Below, piece by piece: positions 51,953-62,360 of a stretch of 64,000 nucleotides of DNA (positions are counted from its first letter, which is position 1; each line of letters starts with the position of its first letter). The notes beneath the pieces were generated by a model. That model saw only the letters and a list, made by a program, of their open reading frames with translations. It made no database searches and was not told the origin of the DNA. The position numbers and the translations under genes were made by a program. This stretch comes from an uncultured Acidobacteriota bacterium. Its GTDB lineage: Bacteria; Acidobacteriota; UBA6911. The stretch is taken from the NCBI GenBank assembly GCA_963843575.1, contig CAWJKZ010000019.1, forward strand, positions 448,001 through 512,000, given 5' to 3'.

Positions 51953-52918
51953 TTACTGCGGCCTCATGTCAATGATCCCGTCATTGACAGCATAAAGTCG
52001 CGAGCAGGAACGGCACCTAAACGCATGCACGTCATGCGATAAAGCGCCCCGACATGCGGGACATTCGAAGATGCCGACCATTGTGTCTGCGTCCACCATT
52101 GGCCCGCCCAGCCGGCTGACCGCACCACACAAAACCCAGGGGGCCAGCTTGATCCGGCCCAACCAGGCCGCGATGCGGGTGCCGGGGGGAACCCACTTCC
52201 CTAGACGCCCGAGCCTGCGGGCAACCTTGTCCATTACCCCAGCGCCCCGGTACACGGTATCTGAGAAGCCCGCCGTCGATAAAGCCTCAGAAACATAAGT
52301 CGGGTGGTGGTGGATAAACGTTTCGTCTGTCATTGAGGGCTCATGAGTGAATGGATTGTGCCCTTTCCGGCGGAGGAGCCATTGAACCATGCGCAGCGCG
52401 TTTCTCTTGTTGCTGTAATTGAACACCAAGCGGCCTGCGCAACAAAGAACTCGGTTCAGCTCCGCGAGGCAACGACGGGATTCAGGCAGATGATGAAAGA
52501 CACGAATCATAAGAGCGGCATCGAACGAGTTCCCGCGGAAGGGGAGATGTTCTATGTCGCCTGCTACATAAATCCCCCGTCCTCCAGAACTTTCCCGGGC
52601 CTGGCCAAGCAACGACATGGAGCCGTCAAAGAGAATCACTTCCTGGAAGCGCCCTACGTAACAGTCGATCAATCGGCCGTAGCCGGCGCCGACATCGAGG
52701 ATGCGCCGTCCTGACGCGGGCAGAAGCTGCGCGACAAGCGCACGTTCAAGCGCATGGAGTTTGGCCTTGTCGGTCCCTTGCCAAAACTCCTTGTAGGGCA
52801 CACCCTCGTACAGGGAGCATAGTCTTGTCTGCGGATCAACCTGGATAGGTAGTCCACGCATCTCTTCTGCGGGGCGAACACCGTTGCGGCCTCGTGTTCT
52901 CCGACTCGCATCTGGCAT
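51953..52918 (-). CDS. Class I SAM methyltransferase with C-terminal Trm112-like zinc ribbon
   Basis: ILDVGAGYGR, LPFRGNSFD, HHL; CPACR...CRSC...DGIIDM. Confidence 0.85.
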   Translation of the reverse strand: MPDASRRTRGRNGVRPAEEMRGLPIQVDPQTRLCSLYEGVPYKEFWQGTDKAKLHALERALVAQLLPASGRRILDVGAGYGRLIDCYVGRFQEVILFDGSMSLLGQARESSGGRGIYVAGDIEHLPFRGNSFDAALMIRVFHHLPESRRCLAELNRVLCCAGRLVFNYSNKRNALRMVQWLLRRKGHNPFTHEPSMTDETFIHHHPTYVSEALSTAGFSDTVYRGAGVMDKVARRLGRLGKWVPPGTRIAAWLGRIKLAPWVLCGAVSRLGGPMVDADTMVGIFECPACRGALSHDVHAFRCRSCSRLYAVNDGIIDMRPQ

Positions 52919-53706
52919 CAGAGCACGACTTTCCGAAGCGTTCGATCTCTCCGATTGTTGGTTTTCTGAAAGCACACAATGGGTTCCGAGGCCCAGCGAG
53001 GCAACAGAATGTTGTGCCTGAGCCACATTGCGTAGCGAAATGCGAGCGCGAGCAGCCTGGATTTGGCGTAAAGGGATCGATATCTCGTGCTTCCCCCCGG
53101 CAGAGCCACATAAGCCGTATCGGGCACGAATCCGAAGGAACTCACAAGCTCAAGAAGAGTTTTGTAGGTAAAGTATCTCACGTGGGCATAAAATTCATAT
53201 CGCGAGTCCTCTACGAGCGGATCGTGGAAGGTCCGTCCAGTTAACAGCAGTCTGCCTGCATACTCCGGAGCCGCGTAGTTCGGTGTCGAAAGGTAGAGGT
53301 AACCCTCGTCGGCTATTATGCGGTGAAGTTCCAGTATGAAATGGTCAACATAGATCAGATGCTCGATCGTCACGAGGGAAATGACCGCGTCGAACCGGCA
53401 GTCGACGAAGGGAAAGGCCCTCTCGTCGTCGTCAATGTCAAACGAGACTGTCGGTATATGCAGCTTATTGAGAATGCTCAAACAAATGGGGGAAATGTCG
53501 CTGCAAATCAACTCGGCTGGATAGTGATCCCTGATTCTCTGAGCTGCACAACCCACGCCCGCGGCAATATCCAATATCTTCTTGTGCTGCCTACCCTCGA
53601 ATACGGCGGGAAACACCCGGTGTCGTTCCTTGAAAATGCGATACTCACTCAGGTCGCTGATATCACCCAAACGCGATTTCTCAAGCTGGATGGCGTCCTT
53701 TCTCAT
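52918..53706 (-). CDS. Class I SAM methyltransferase
   Basis: ILDIAAGVG, FPF...FDAVI...IEHL, LSTPN. Confidence 0.88.
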   Translation of the reverse strand: MRKDAIQLEKSRLGDISDLSEYRIFKERHRVFPAVFEGRQHKKILDIAAGVGCAAQRIRDHYPAELICSDISPICLSILNKLHIPTVSFDIDDDERAFPFVDCRFDAVISLVTIEHLIYVDHFILELHRIIADEGYLYLSTPNYAAPEYAGRLLLTGRTFHDPLVEDSRYEFYAHVRYFTYKTLLELVSSFGFVPDTAYVALPGGSTRYRSLYAKSRLLALAFRYAMWLRHNILLPRWASEPIVCFQKTNNRRDRTLRKVVL

Positions 53707-53903
53707 GAGACAACCCCTCCCAATTGGAATCAATGCGGATGATCAGGCTATCCCTCGAACGACGCGGCAGAAGCGTCGTCCAGCAGGGCACTGAACAAGC
53801 CCGCTGCATGTGCCGGTTCCGTCCAAGAGGAATTCTCCTGTCGATCGTATTTGACAGGACAGGCGCGCACTTGTGCTTGCGGCAGCGGCCGCCCGGCGAC
53901 ATC

Positions 53904-54946
53904 TCACGCGAAGTGACCATAGAGCAGCTCACCGGCGACTCTGCACACCCAGGGAGGAGAGTGCCGGATTAATTCCCTGAATGCCCGATTCGTAGAGCCG
54001 CTGGCCGGCAGGACCTTGTCGCTCAAATAGGCGAAAGGCAGGCGGTTCTCCGCCGCCCCCCAGCCATTCTTGAAATGGCGCAAGCCCTGGTCCGAGATGT
54101 CGGTCTTGCCAAAGTCTATCGCGGAAAACCTCTCGCTGCACGCCCATTCAATGCACTTCCAGAAGAGATAGTACTGGCAGCGGAAGTTCAGGTACGCCGG
54201 GTCACACGCGCTGTACTTGATCATCGATTTTCCATTGAAGTGCATTAAAACAGCCCCACTCACCGCCCTTCCTTCGTGCGACACGATGATCACCTTACCG
54301 AGGCCTTGTGAAATGATATTCTCGTCCAGAAGCTTGAAATATTTCATCGGCTGAATAGGTATCCCGAGCTTCCGTCGCGTCTTCAGATGAAGCGCGTAAA
54401 ACGTGGCCATGTCATCTGGCCCGGCGGTCGAGTTCACCGTTAGACCGAGGCGTTCCCCACGACGCGAATACTGACGGAATTTCTGTGAAAACTTCCCGCA
54501 AACGTTCTCCACGCCCGGCGCCAGGCTGAGAGTGTGCAAGATGTAGCGCTCACACGACTGAAAGCGTCCCGCTGATGCAATCCCCCAACGGATCTCTATC
54601 CTGCGGATCTCTTTCTCCTCGCGCAGGCGCAGGAGTTCGTCGTATAGATTGACCAGGTCGCCCTGTGCGCACGCCAACGGCGGGCAGTAGTCCGTGAAGG
54701 GCAGCGACACCCACCGGGCCCCGGTGAGCCAGCTTTCACGCCGATGACGGGCACTCCGGCGAGAATATCGTCACGCTGGTCGGTCACAGCCAGCACAAAT
54801 GCCGGATACCCGTAGCACTCACTTAAAGTGCCGATCCAGGCGGGATGGTGGAATATCGATCCTGAGGGGTTCTGCCGCACACACTGCATCCACCGCGGAT
54901 CGTAAATAGACAGCTTCTGGATTGCGCCTCTCGGTGCGACGGCCAT
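53904..54946 (-). CDS. FemAB-like/GNAT acyltransferase (frameshift near 54725)
   Basis: IFHHPAW; SLPFTDYC; IDFGKT...GLRHFKNGWGA. Confidence 0.85.
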
Positions 54947-55039
54947 GCCGCGTCTCTTCCTGTTAACGGTGTCCGGCGCCGTGACGAATTCGTGAAATCG
55001 GGTTCACCGCTGCAGGCGATTGAGTAGTCGCGCTACCAA

Positions 55040-56238
55040 CTATGACTTGTCACGAAAAACATCACTATAGGCTCGGATGAGATTGCTTTTCATGTGCTCC
55101 CACATTAAGCACGATTCGACTCTCTCTTTCGCAAAGCACCCCATCCGATGTCTTAGTTGCCGATCGTCCAACAGCAGGGAGATGTTTCTGGCCAGATCTA
55201 CGACGTCATTGGGCCGGGCATAGACCGCCGCCCTACCAGCGGAGGCTCTGGTTTCCGGGCAGATCGAATGCCACAATCGGTTTACCTGCGGCCATATAAT
55301 CCAGAACCTTGATAAAAGTCATTCTGTCGTTGCACAAGCTCTTCGGCTCAGGGGAAATGCACACATCCGCACTGCTTAGGTATTGTTTGAGCAGTACCTC
55401 GTCTCTTACGTATCCCGCAAATACAATGTGTTCATTGAGTTTCAACGCGGCTGCCTTGTTTCTCAATCGCTGCAGTTCGCTGCCATCGCCGACAATCAGG
55501 AAACAGATATCGTTTCGTCCCTGCTCATTAAGCGAGAACATTCGCGGCGTCGATCACGTATTCCACGCCGTCCTGTCGGGCTATCCAGCCCATGCAGCAA
55601 ACGACATACTTGTCGCTGTACTTCGTCGTGTGCTCGGGCGATACCGAGTGGGAGAATACGAGGTAGGGACCGTTTCTCACAACATACACGCGTTCAGGTC
55701 GCAACCTGCCCCTCGATAATGCGACCGTTTTGCTCGAATCATTTGTAACGATGACAATGTTCGCTACCTTATAGCTGAAAAACTCGAACAGGCGGAGGAT
55801 GCGATAGACGCTGCGACTTGGCGACGTAAAGCGCGACAGATAGATCTCCGGTGACGGGTCGTGCTGATCGAACACGAACTTCACCCCAAGTGATCGGAAT
55901 CAGAAGGCTCCCAAGACAAAGAAGAGGTCAGGGGGATTACATACGTGGATCGCGTCAAATCCCGGATTCCAATAGGCTTTGAGGGTCAGTCGTGCTATTT
56001 CTTTCCAACTGTAGAGATACTCGCGAAAATAGGTCCAGAAATCGCAACCTGGCGCTGGCGGCTTAAATCTGAGGATTGTGACTCCTTCAAGGTGTGCCCG
56101 TTTGGCGACATCGCCGACATCTGGGCAGATCAATGTCGCCTTGTAACCAGCGGCGGTAAGCGCATCTAATTCGCGTTGAACTCTCTTGTCGGCTTCGATG
56201 ACCGCGTTTTGAACAATGACCAGGATCCTGTGGCTCAT
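55040..56238 (-). CDS. Glycosyltransferase family 4 (three frameshifts)
   Basis: DKRVQRE, IHVCNPPD, FDQHD.SPE, VRNGP, VGDG, KVLDYMAAGKPIVAFDL. Confidence 0.85.
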
Positions 56239-56354
56239 ATGCGCCTACCGGGACCGGAAAAGGAAGACAGAAGCCCTGAGCCGGAAGCCGCGAATCGGAT
56301 GTGGCGGCTGCCCCTGCCTCCCTGAGCAACCGCCTGAAGGGTGGCCTGCGCGAA

Positions 56355-57708
56355 TCACGGGGTTTCGCCGAGAACGTATTCGATCTCATCACCTACAAGG
56401 CGGGCGTGCGCGATGCGTGCATGCTGGGAGCCGGGGCCTTCGAGTCGCAGGAATTGTCCATCGCGCCGGAGGGTCATTTGACTTCTCGCCCTCCACCAGT
56501 CGGCAAGTTGCCCTGGAAGGGCGATCCAGAGCTTGCCGTCGGCGCGCAAGCCTGCGAGGTAGGTCAACAGGGAATTGTAGGTGTCGCGCGCGCGCTCGAG
56601 GAGCAGGTAATCGGGGTGGACGAGAAAGCTGGCCAGCCCATGCCGGGAGAGGATGATGTCGAGTTGATGTTTCCAGAGGGAGATGGAGAAATCTTTGAGA
56701 ATGCAAAAGAGAGGGTAGTCCTGCGTGGTGGTTAAGGGCAGCTCGAGCAGGTTGCCGATGAAAAACGGGAATACCGTACAGCAGCCGCCGCGCTGGGGAT
56801 CGAGATGCGCGACATTGGGTACGGACATGTCGTACGCAAAGGCAAGTGCGTGGAACCAGTCCTGGTTCCTGTAGAGTACGGCGCTGCGAAAGCCCGAAGC
56901 CCCGTATTCGACCGCATATCGATTGATGCGTTCGACGCGACGCAAGAACTCCGAACGATTGGTGAAGAGCCGGCCGTCATGATTCAGATCGTGGATGTTG
57001 ACCTCAAAGCCCCTGTTGCGGAGGCGGTCGACAGTGGCTTGGGAAAGCGGGTAGCGCTTGTCGGGCACGAGTTGAAAGGAGCTTTTCATTCCACGCGCAT
57101 CGTCCATATCCATCAAGGTGTCGCAGAAAGCCAGGCCGGCCGGGGATTCGACATCGTGCGTGAGGATCGCACATGCCGAGTAACCGTCGGGCCAGAACCA
57201 GATGAAGGGGACGCTTTCGAGCTTTTGGGCCTTTAGGGATAGGACGAGGAGTGTCTCCAGGATGCTGTCAACCGTGTGGTCGACGGGCCACCGTGGAAAG
57301 GGGATATTCTGCCATCCGCCGAGACGCAGGCGCTGCAGAACGGCTCCTGACGGGCACGGACATCAGCGGGCGTACCGCATAGTAGAGACGGGCAACCGCG
57401 TCCCGGGCCAGAGAGTGGAGCAACGAATGCGGCTTAGCTCGGACATAGCGCTCATTGCGGAGGTTGTCGAGAACCTCGGCAGGATCGAAGGGGAGCTGAA
57501 TGGTATCGACGTGTAGCCGCCAATCGGCGAACAGGTCGGGGAGTGCGGCGCCGATCTCTGGAGCGGGGTGGGTGCCCGCGCATCGTCCGTAGCACGTATT
57601 GTGCGGACCAAAACGAAAGAAGCCGGGCGTGTCCGACAGCGGTGCAGCAACGGTGAAGTCCGTGCCGCAGGAGGCGAGTCGATAGTGTTCTTCAAGAATG
57701 CCGCTCAT
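56355..57708 (-). CDS. Polysaccharide deacetylase-like protein (frameshifted)
   Basis: ILTHDVE in-frame upstream of ORF 56355-57116, HDLNHDG, GFRSA, ELPLTT.QD, VHPDY; N-terminal part LPFDP...LRNERY. Confidence 0.75.
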
Positions 57709-58898
57709 GTGGCAAAGTCCGATGGAGGATGCAGGGATGCTCCCATCCCGCATGATCAGGTTCGGCTGCCGGGAGTCTTGAGCCTGTCGAGGAGAGCCTG
57801 TCTGGTGCCGACGGCTGCCGCTCGATGTGGAATTCACGCTGCTTACGCCGCTGGAGGGTCGGAGACCGATTTTGGCTTGGGAGGCTCGACTGGTCCTCAG
57901 CTGCCGGACGCAACTGCCGCCTGAGCGGCTTTTGGACTCTGCTCGTGATCCACTGGTAGGTGATCCTCAGCCCCGTCTCCAATGGTTGCACGGGCGCCCA
58001 ATCGAGCATCCGGCGGATAAGACGGTTGTCCGAGTTTCGTCCACGGACACCGAGCGGACCTTGAACATGACGGATAAGGACCCTTTTCCCCGCGACCGTC
58101 ATGATCATGCGCGCAAGTTGATCGATCGACACCATCTCTTCGGAGCCGATGTTCACGGGTCCCGTCCACTCCGAACGCATGAGCCGCTGAGTACCTTCGA
58201 TGCACTCATCGACATAGAGGAAGGAGCGGGTCCGCGTGCCGTCGCCCCAGATTTCTATTTCGCCGCCCTCCTTCTGCTTCGCGATCTTGCGGCAAAGGGC
58301 GGCCGGCGCCTTCTCGCGACCGTCGTTCCAGCTTCCTTCGGGTCCGAAGATGTTGTGGTATCGCGCGATACGCACTTCCATCCCGCGATTGCGTTGAAAG
58401 GCCAGTACAGTCGTTCGCTGAACAGCTTTTCCCGACCGTAGTCGCTGTCCGGATTGGCCGGGTAAGCGCTGTCTTCGGCGCAATTCGGGCTTTTCCGGAT
58501 CCAGTTGGTTCTCCTGTGGATATATGCAGCGGACGACGAGTAAAAGATCCGCTTGATGTTTCGCCGGCTTAGCAGGCCTCGAGCATATTCAGGTTTATGA
58601 GGGCGGAGTTGTGCAGGATCGCGGCATCGTGCTGCCCGGTAAAAAATACAAGCCGGCTCCGCCCATATCGGCGGCGAACTGATACACCTCATCAAATCCC
58701 CGGTCGAACGACAGGCGACAGAGGTCCGGATCACGGAGTCGCCGACGACAAAGTCATCGGCAGGAGTGGCCGAGAACTCGGGATACTTGAGGTCCACGCC
58801 GCGAACCCAGAACCCATCACTCTTCAGCCGTTTAGACATGTGACTCCCGATGAACCCTCCCACTGCCACCGCCACGCAAGGGCTGTTCTGCGATTCAT
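57692..58898 (-). CDS. NAD-dependent epimerase, GDP-mannose 3,5-epimerase-like (frameshifted; 3' end uncertain)
   Basis: GGFIGSH, VRGVDLK, FYSSSA, NPDSDYG.EKL, ARYHNIFGPEG.W..GREKAPAALCRK, GPLGVRGRNSDN. Confidence 0.85.
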
Positions 58899-59653
58899 CG
58901 TCTCCTCCAGTCTTTTGCTAGCATTTGACGATCAAAGCCGGACGGTGAGCTCTCTCTCCATTGTTTCGTTCCACGCGGCGCCCCAACTCCCTTGGGTGAG
59001 CTTCAATGGCCTGCGGCCAGTGGGCACACCACCTGTGCATCGACGCTCGGAATGCCTGGCCCGGCGGGGCGACGTGCGTTACCCCGACAACGATCCATAA
59101 TCGCAGTTTTGGGGGGCAGCGTCTGCTTGGGTCAAGGAGCGAACCGGAGGTAGGATATTGCCGACTTGCCCCCCGGTGCTTCCACCGCAGGGGTTAGCAC
59201 CTGGGGTCGGGCGGTTGCGATGCAACGATGGGCAACTACCACGGTCCAAGGAGTGTGGGCAACCCGCGACAGTTCCCCTTCAAGTTCCTCAGTACGTTGC
59301 CGATATGCAGAGTGGACCGGACAGGTTGTCAGAGCACAGGATGTTCCGCCCGGGCTGAGCTCCTAATAAACTAACAGTTTGGTGACACATGGCACAGTAT
59401 GGGCAGCCCCCTCCGGACTATCCTGAGGCATCAGGAGCAGCTTGAGCCAACCGTCCATGCCGGAAAGGAATCGCCTGGCAACTCCATGATTGAGTCCCCT
59501 CGAATGCCAGACTGCTGTCCTTCAGGGGAGCTGGATGAGAGAGTCCCGATTGAACACGATTTTGCGAATCTGCCGTCCGGGTCGTGCATCCTGCTTGTCC
59601 CTTTGTGACCGGCCTGACCCGCATCACCCATTGTCTACGTGGATGGAAAAACT

Positions 59654-61285
59654 ATGAGCCGGAAATTGGGATATGTCGGATTTCTCGCCATCACCCTGGC
59701 TGTCGTTTCACCGATCCGTTCGTCCGGTGGGAAGACTTATTATGTCAGGCCGGACGGCAACGATGGGCATACAGGGCTGGGAGAAACGGCCGCCCTCGCA
59801 TGGAAGACGATTCAGCACGCCACCAACACGATGGTTGCGGGCGACACTCTCTACCTCAGGGCGGGAACGTATCCCGAGAGAGTGATCCTCAACAGCGGCC
59901 ACAGTGGCAATGCCCTGGATGGCTATATCACGTATCAGAACTATCCCGGCGAATCCCCGGTGCTTGACGCTGCCGGTGCGGGATTCACGTGGGGAGCAGC
60001 CTTCAACTCCGGTTTTCACTCCAGCCCGGCTAACGCCGTGAGTTACATCAAGTTTGTCGGTCTCAGGATATGCAACTACCCACAGCAAGGGATCCGCTTC
60101 GAGAGAGGACAAGCGGCGCAGGACGGATCAACAGGCAGTCACCACATCACCATCCAGGACTGCGCGATTCACCACAACGGCGAGCATGGCATCTATATCG
60201 AAGGGGGTGACGTCCGCTCGGGATATGACGGGCACGACCACCTGATTGAGGGCAACACCGTGTATGCGAATGCCGACCACGGCATAAAGTTCCAGGGTGA
60301 CGCGGCGGGCACCATCACTCGCCTTCAGATCCGCAATTCCACCATCAGCAACAATGTGGTGTATGGTCAGACCGGCGGGGTGAATGCCGGTCAGGGCATT
60401 CACCTTTCAACGGGCAATCACGATAACACGGTCAGCCGCAACAAGTCCTACGGCAATGGCACTGCAGGCATCTCGGTGGAGGAAAGCTGGAACAATGTCC
60501 TGGAAAACAACGAATGCTACAGCAACGGCACCTCCGGTGCCAATCCGTACGGCATCGTGGCCTGGCACTCCAACAACACGATCATCCGCTACAATAAGTG
60601 CCATGACAATCTCGGCAGCGGCATCAGGCTTGGAGCCGAACTTGCCGGTGCGGCGCAGCGCAACCTGGTCTATTACAACCTCGTGTATAACAACGGCACC
60701 AGTGCCGGGGCAAACTCTGCGGGGATCTCGCTGGAGTTGACTACTCTGGCTCATGCCATCTACAACAACGTCCTGTACAACAACCACGATAGCGGCATCC
60801 GCGTGCAGAGCAACGCCAACCACGAGATCAAGAACAACATCATCTACAGCGTTGGAGCGGGAAGGGCCGCCGACTACCTGATCCGCATCGAGACCGCGTC
60901 CGGGTGGAGCGCGAACAGAATCGACCACAACTGCTATTACTCGACGGATCTAACGAATCCCTGGTACTGGGCCGGCAACCGGAGCACCTTTGCGACCTGG
61001 AAGAGTGCCAGCGGTATGGACGTAAACGGCAAGAACGTCAATCCCGGGTTCCTGTCGTCCTCCGATTACCGTCTTCAACCCTCATCCGCCTGCATCGACG
61101 TTGGGTCGGGGGTCGGACTGGCCAGGGATTTCGCCGGGACGAATGTTCCCAACGGGACCGCCGTGGATATCGGAGCGTACGAGTACACGACCAACGTGTT
61201 GCAGGCTCCTAAGGCACTGCGCGTGATCGCCTTGCTAGTCCCGTTGATGCGCTGGACAGCAGCAGGGAGGCTGCATCCCTTTTAA
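59654..61285 (+). CDS. Secreted right-handed parallel beta-helix protein (pectate lyase-like)
   Basis: Signal peptide, TYYVRPDGND, AGDTLYLRAGTY, Asn-rich beta-helix repeats, DYRLQPSSACIDVG...DIGAYEY, then LQAPKALRVI. Confidence 0.9.
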   Translation: MSRKLGYVGFLAITLAVVSPIRSSGGKTYYVRPDGNDGHTGLGETAALAWKTIQHATNTMVAGDTLYLRAGTYPERVILNSGHSGNALDGYITYQNYPGESPVLDAAGAGFTWGAAFNSGFHSSPANAVSYIKFVGLRICNYPQQGIRFERGQAAQDGSTGSHHITIQDCAIHHNGEHGIYIEGGDVRSGYDGHDHLIEGNTVYANADHGIKFQGDAAGTITRLQIRNSTISNNVVYGQTGGVNAGQGIHLSTGNHDNTVSRNKSYGNGTAGISVEESWNNVLENNECYSNGTSGANPYGIVAWHSNNTIIRYNKCHDNLGSGIRLGAELAGAAQRNLVYYNLVYNNGTSAGANSAGISLELTTLAHAIYNNVLYNNHDSGIRVQSNANHEIKNNIIYSVGAGRAADYLIRIETASGWSANRIDHNCYYSTDLTNPWYWAGNRSTFATWKSASGMDVNGKNVNPGFLSSSDYRLQPSSACIDVGSGVGLARDFAGTNVPNGTAVDIGAYEYTTNVLQAPKALRVIALLVPLMRWTAAGRLHPF

Positions 61286-61313
61286 AAGCAGGCATTCCTG
61301 TGCCGTCCTGGTT

Positions 61314-62273
61314 TCAGCAGGTCGACGCTCCCCTCCTGAACACGGCTGTCTTCAATGCCAGAATGCCGCGCATGACCCGACCGAACGCGGGGTGGGAAAT
61401 CGGCAGCACCTGTTTCAGCTGGTAGTACCAATAGGAGGGCTTCAAGGTAAGGCGGCGCCGCCGAAGCCTGCCCCGGCGATCGACCCTCCAGGTTGCAGCC
61501 CAAATATTGAGGTTCTGGCTGCCCGGCACGAGGGCTATGTTCTGCCGGGCCTCGGGGCCCAAGTCGGACCAGAGCCACCGGGTGATTTTCGAGGCGGACC
61601 CCGGAGTCGGGGACTCCACCGCACTCGTGTACCGGATCGTGTTTGGGGCATAGTCGTGGTTCTGATGTATCACGTCTACGGCTTCGGTAACGTCGACAAC
61701 GGGTATGCCGCTGGACCACGCCCGCCACACGAGCCAATTGTCCCAGGCCAGCCGGCCTATGGTGAATGGCGGTATATCGGCATACATTCCCCGGGTAAAA
61801 CAAAAGAAGTCGATCCCGTTAGGCGGATGCAACAGGCCCTTCCGCCTCAGGAGGGCTTTCAATTCAAGCTGCCAATGGTCTGAAGCGAAGGACCACGGCT
61901 CCATTATGTCCAGATCCCAGCGCTGACCCAGCATGAGAAACGCGGAGAGGCGGTGGGAAATCACCTTCAACGCCTGCACGAAGTCGCTCATCAGCAGAAT
62001 ATCGGAGTTTACGTAGCACACGATTGGATAATGCGCGGTCTCCTGGGCGACCTTAAAGACCGAATTGACGAACGGGGTGCCCTGTTCGTTGGTGGCGACC
62101 CCTCCAACGTGAACTACGTCGTAGTGCCTGGCGACATCGGCTACCCCGGCATCGTTTCCCAACAGGATGATCTCCGGTTTCGGCCTCAGCAGCGTCCAGC
62201 TGTGAATGGCATTGCGCTGAATGATGTCGATGTGCCCACGGAAGGGCTTGGGACAGGCGAACAGTGTGAACAT
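61314..62273 (-). CDS. Putative glycosyltransferase (GT-A fold)
   Basis: CPKPF...IQRNAIHSW, YVNSDI, GIDFFCF, IGRLAWDNW, HQNHDY. Confidence 0.8.
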   Translation of the reverse strand: MFTLFACPKPFRGHIDIIQRNAIHSWTLLRPKPEIILLGNDAGVADVARHYDVVHVGGVATNEQGTPFVNSVFKVAQETAHYPIVCYVNSDILLMSDFVQALKVISHRLSAFLMLGQRWDLDIMEPWSFASDHWQLELKALLRRKGLLHPPNGIDFFCFTRGMYADIPPFTIGRLAWDNWLVWRAWSSGIPVVDVTEAVDVIHQNHDYAPNTIRYTSAVESPTPGSASKITRWLWSDLGPEARQNIALVPGSQNLNIWAATWRVDRRGRLRRRRLTLKPSYWYYQLKQVLPISHPAFGRVMRGILALKTAVFRRGASTC

Positions 62274-62360
62274 GTCAGAGGCCGCGCATTCCGGAGGGTG
62301 TGGTCGGCGAGCAACCGGGAGCGGATAACCTGGAGGACATGAGGCAATTCGGTCTAATAT

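Noticed and set aside
59220-59290. c-di-GMP riboswitch upstream of the EPS genes
   Set aside because: Only GGGCAA matches; the GAAA tetraloop/receptor architecture was not found.
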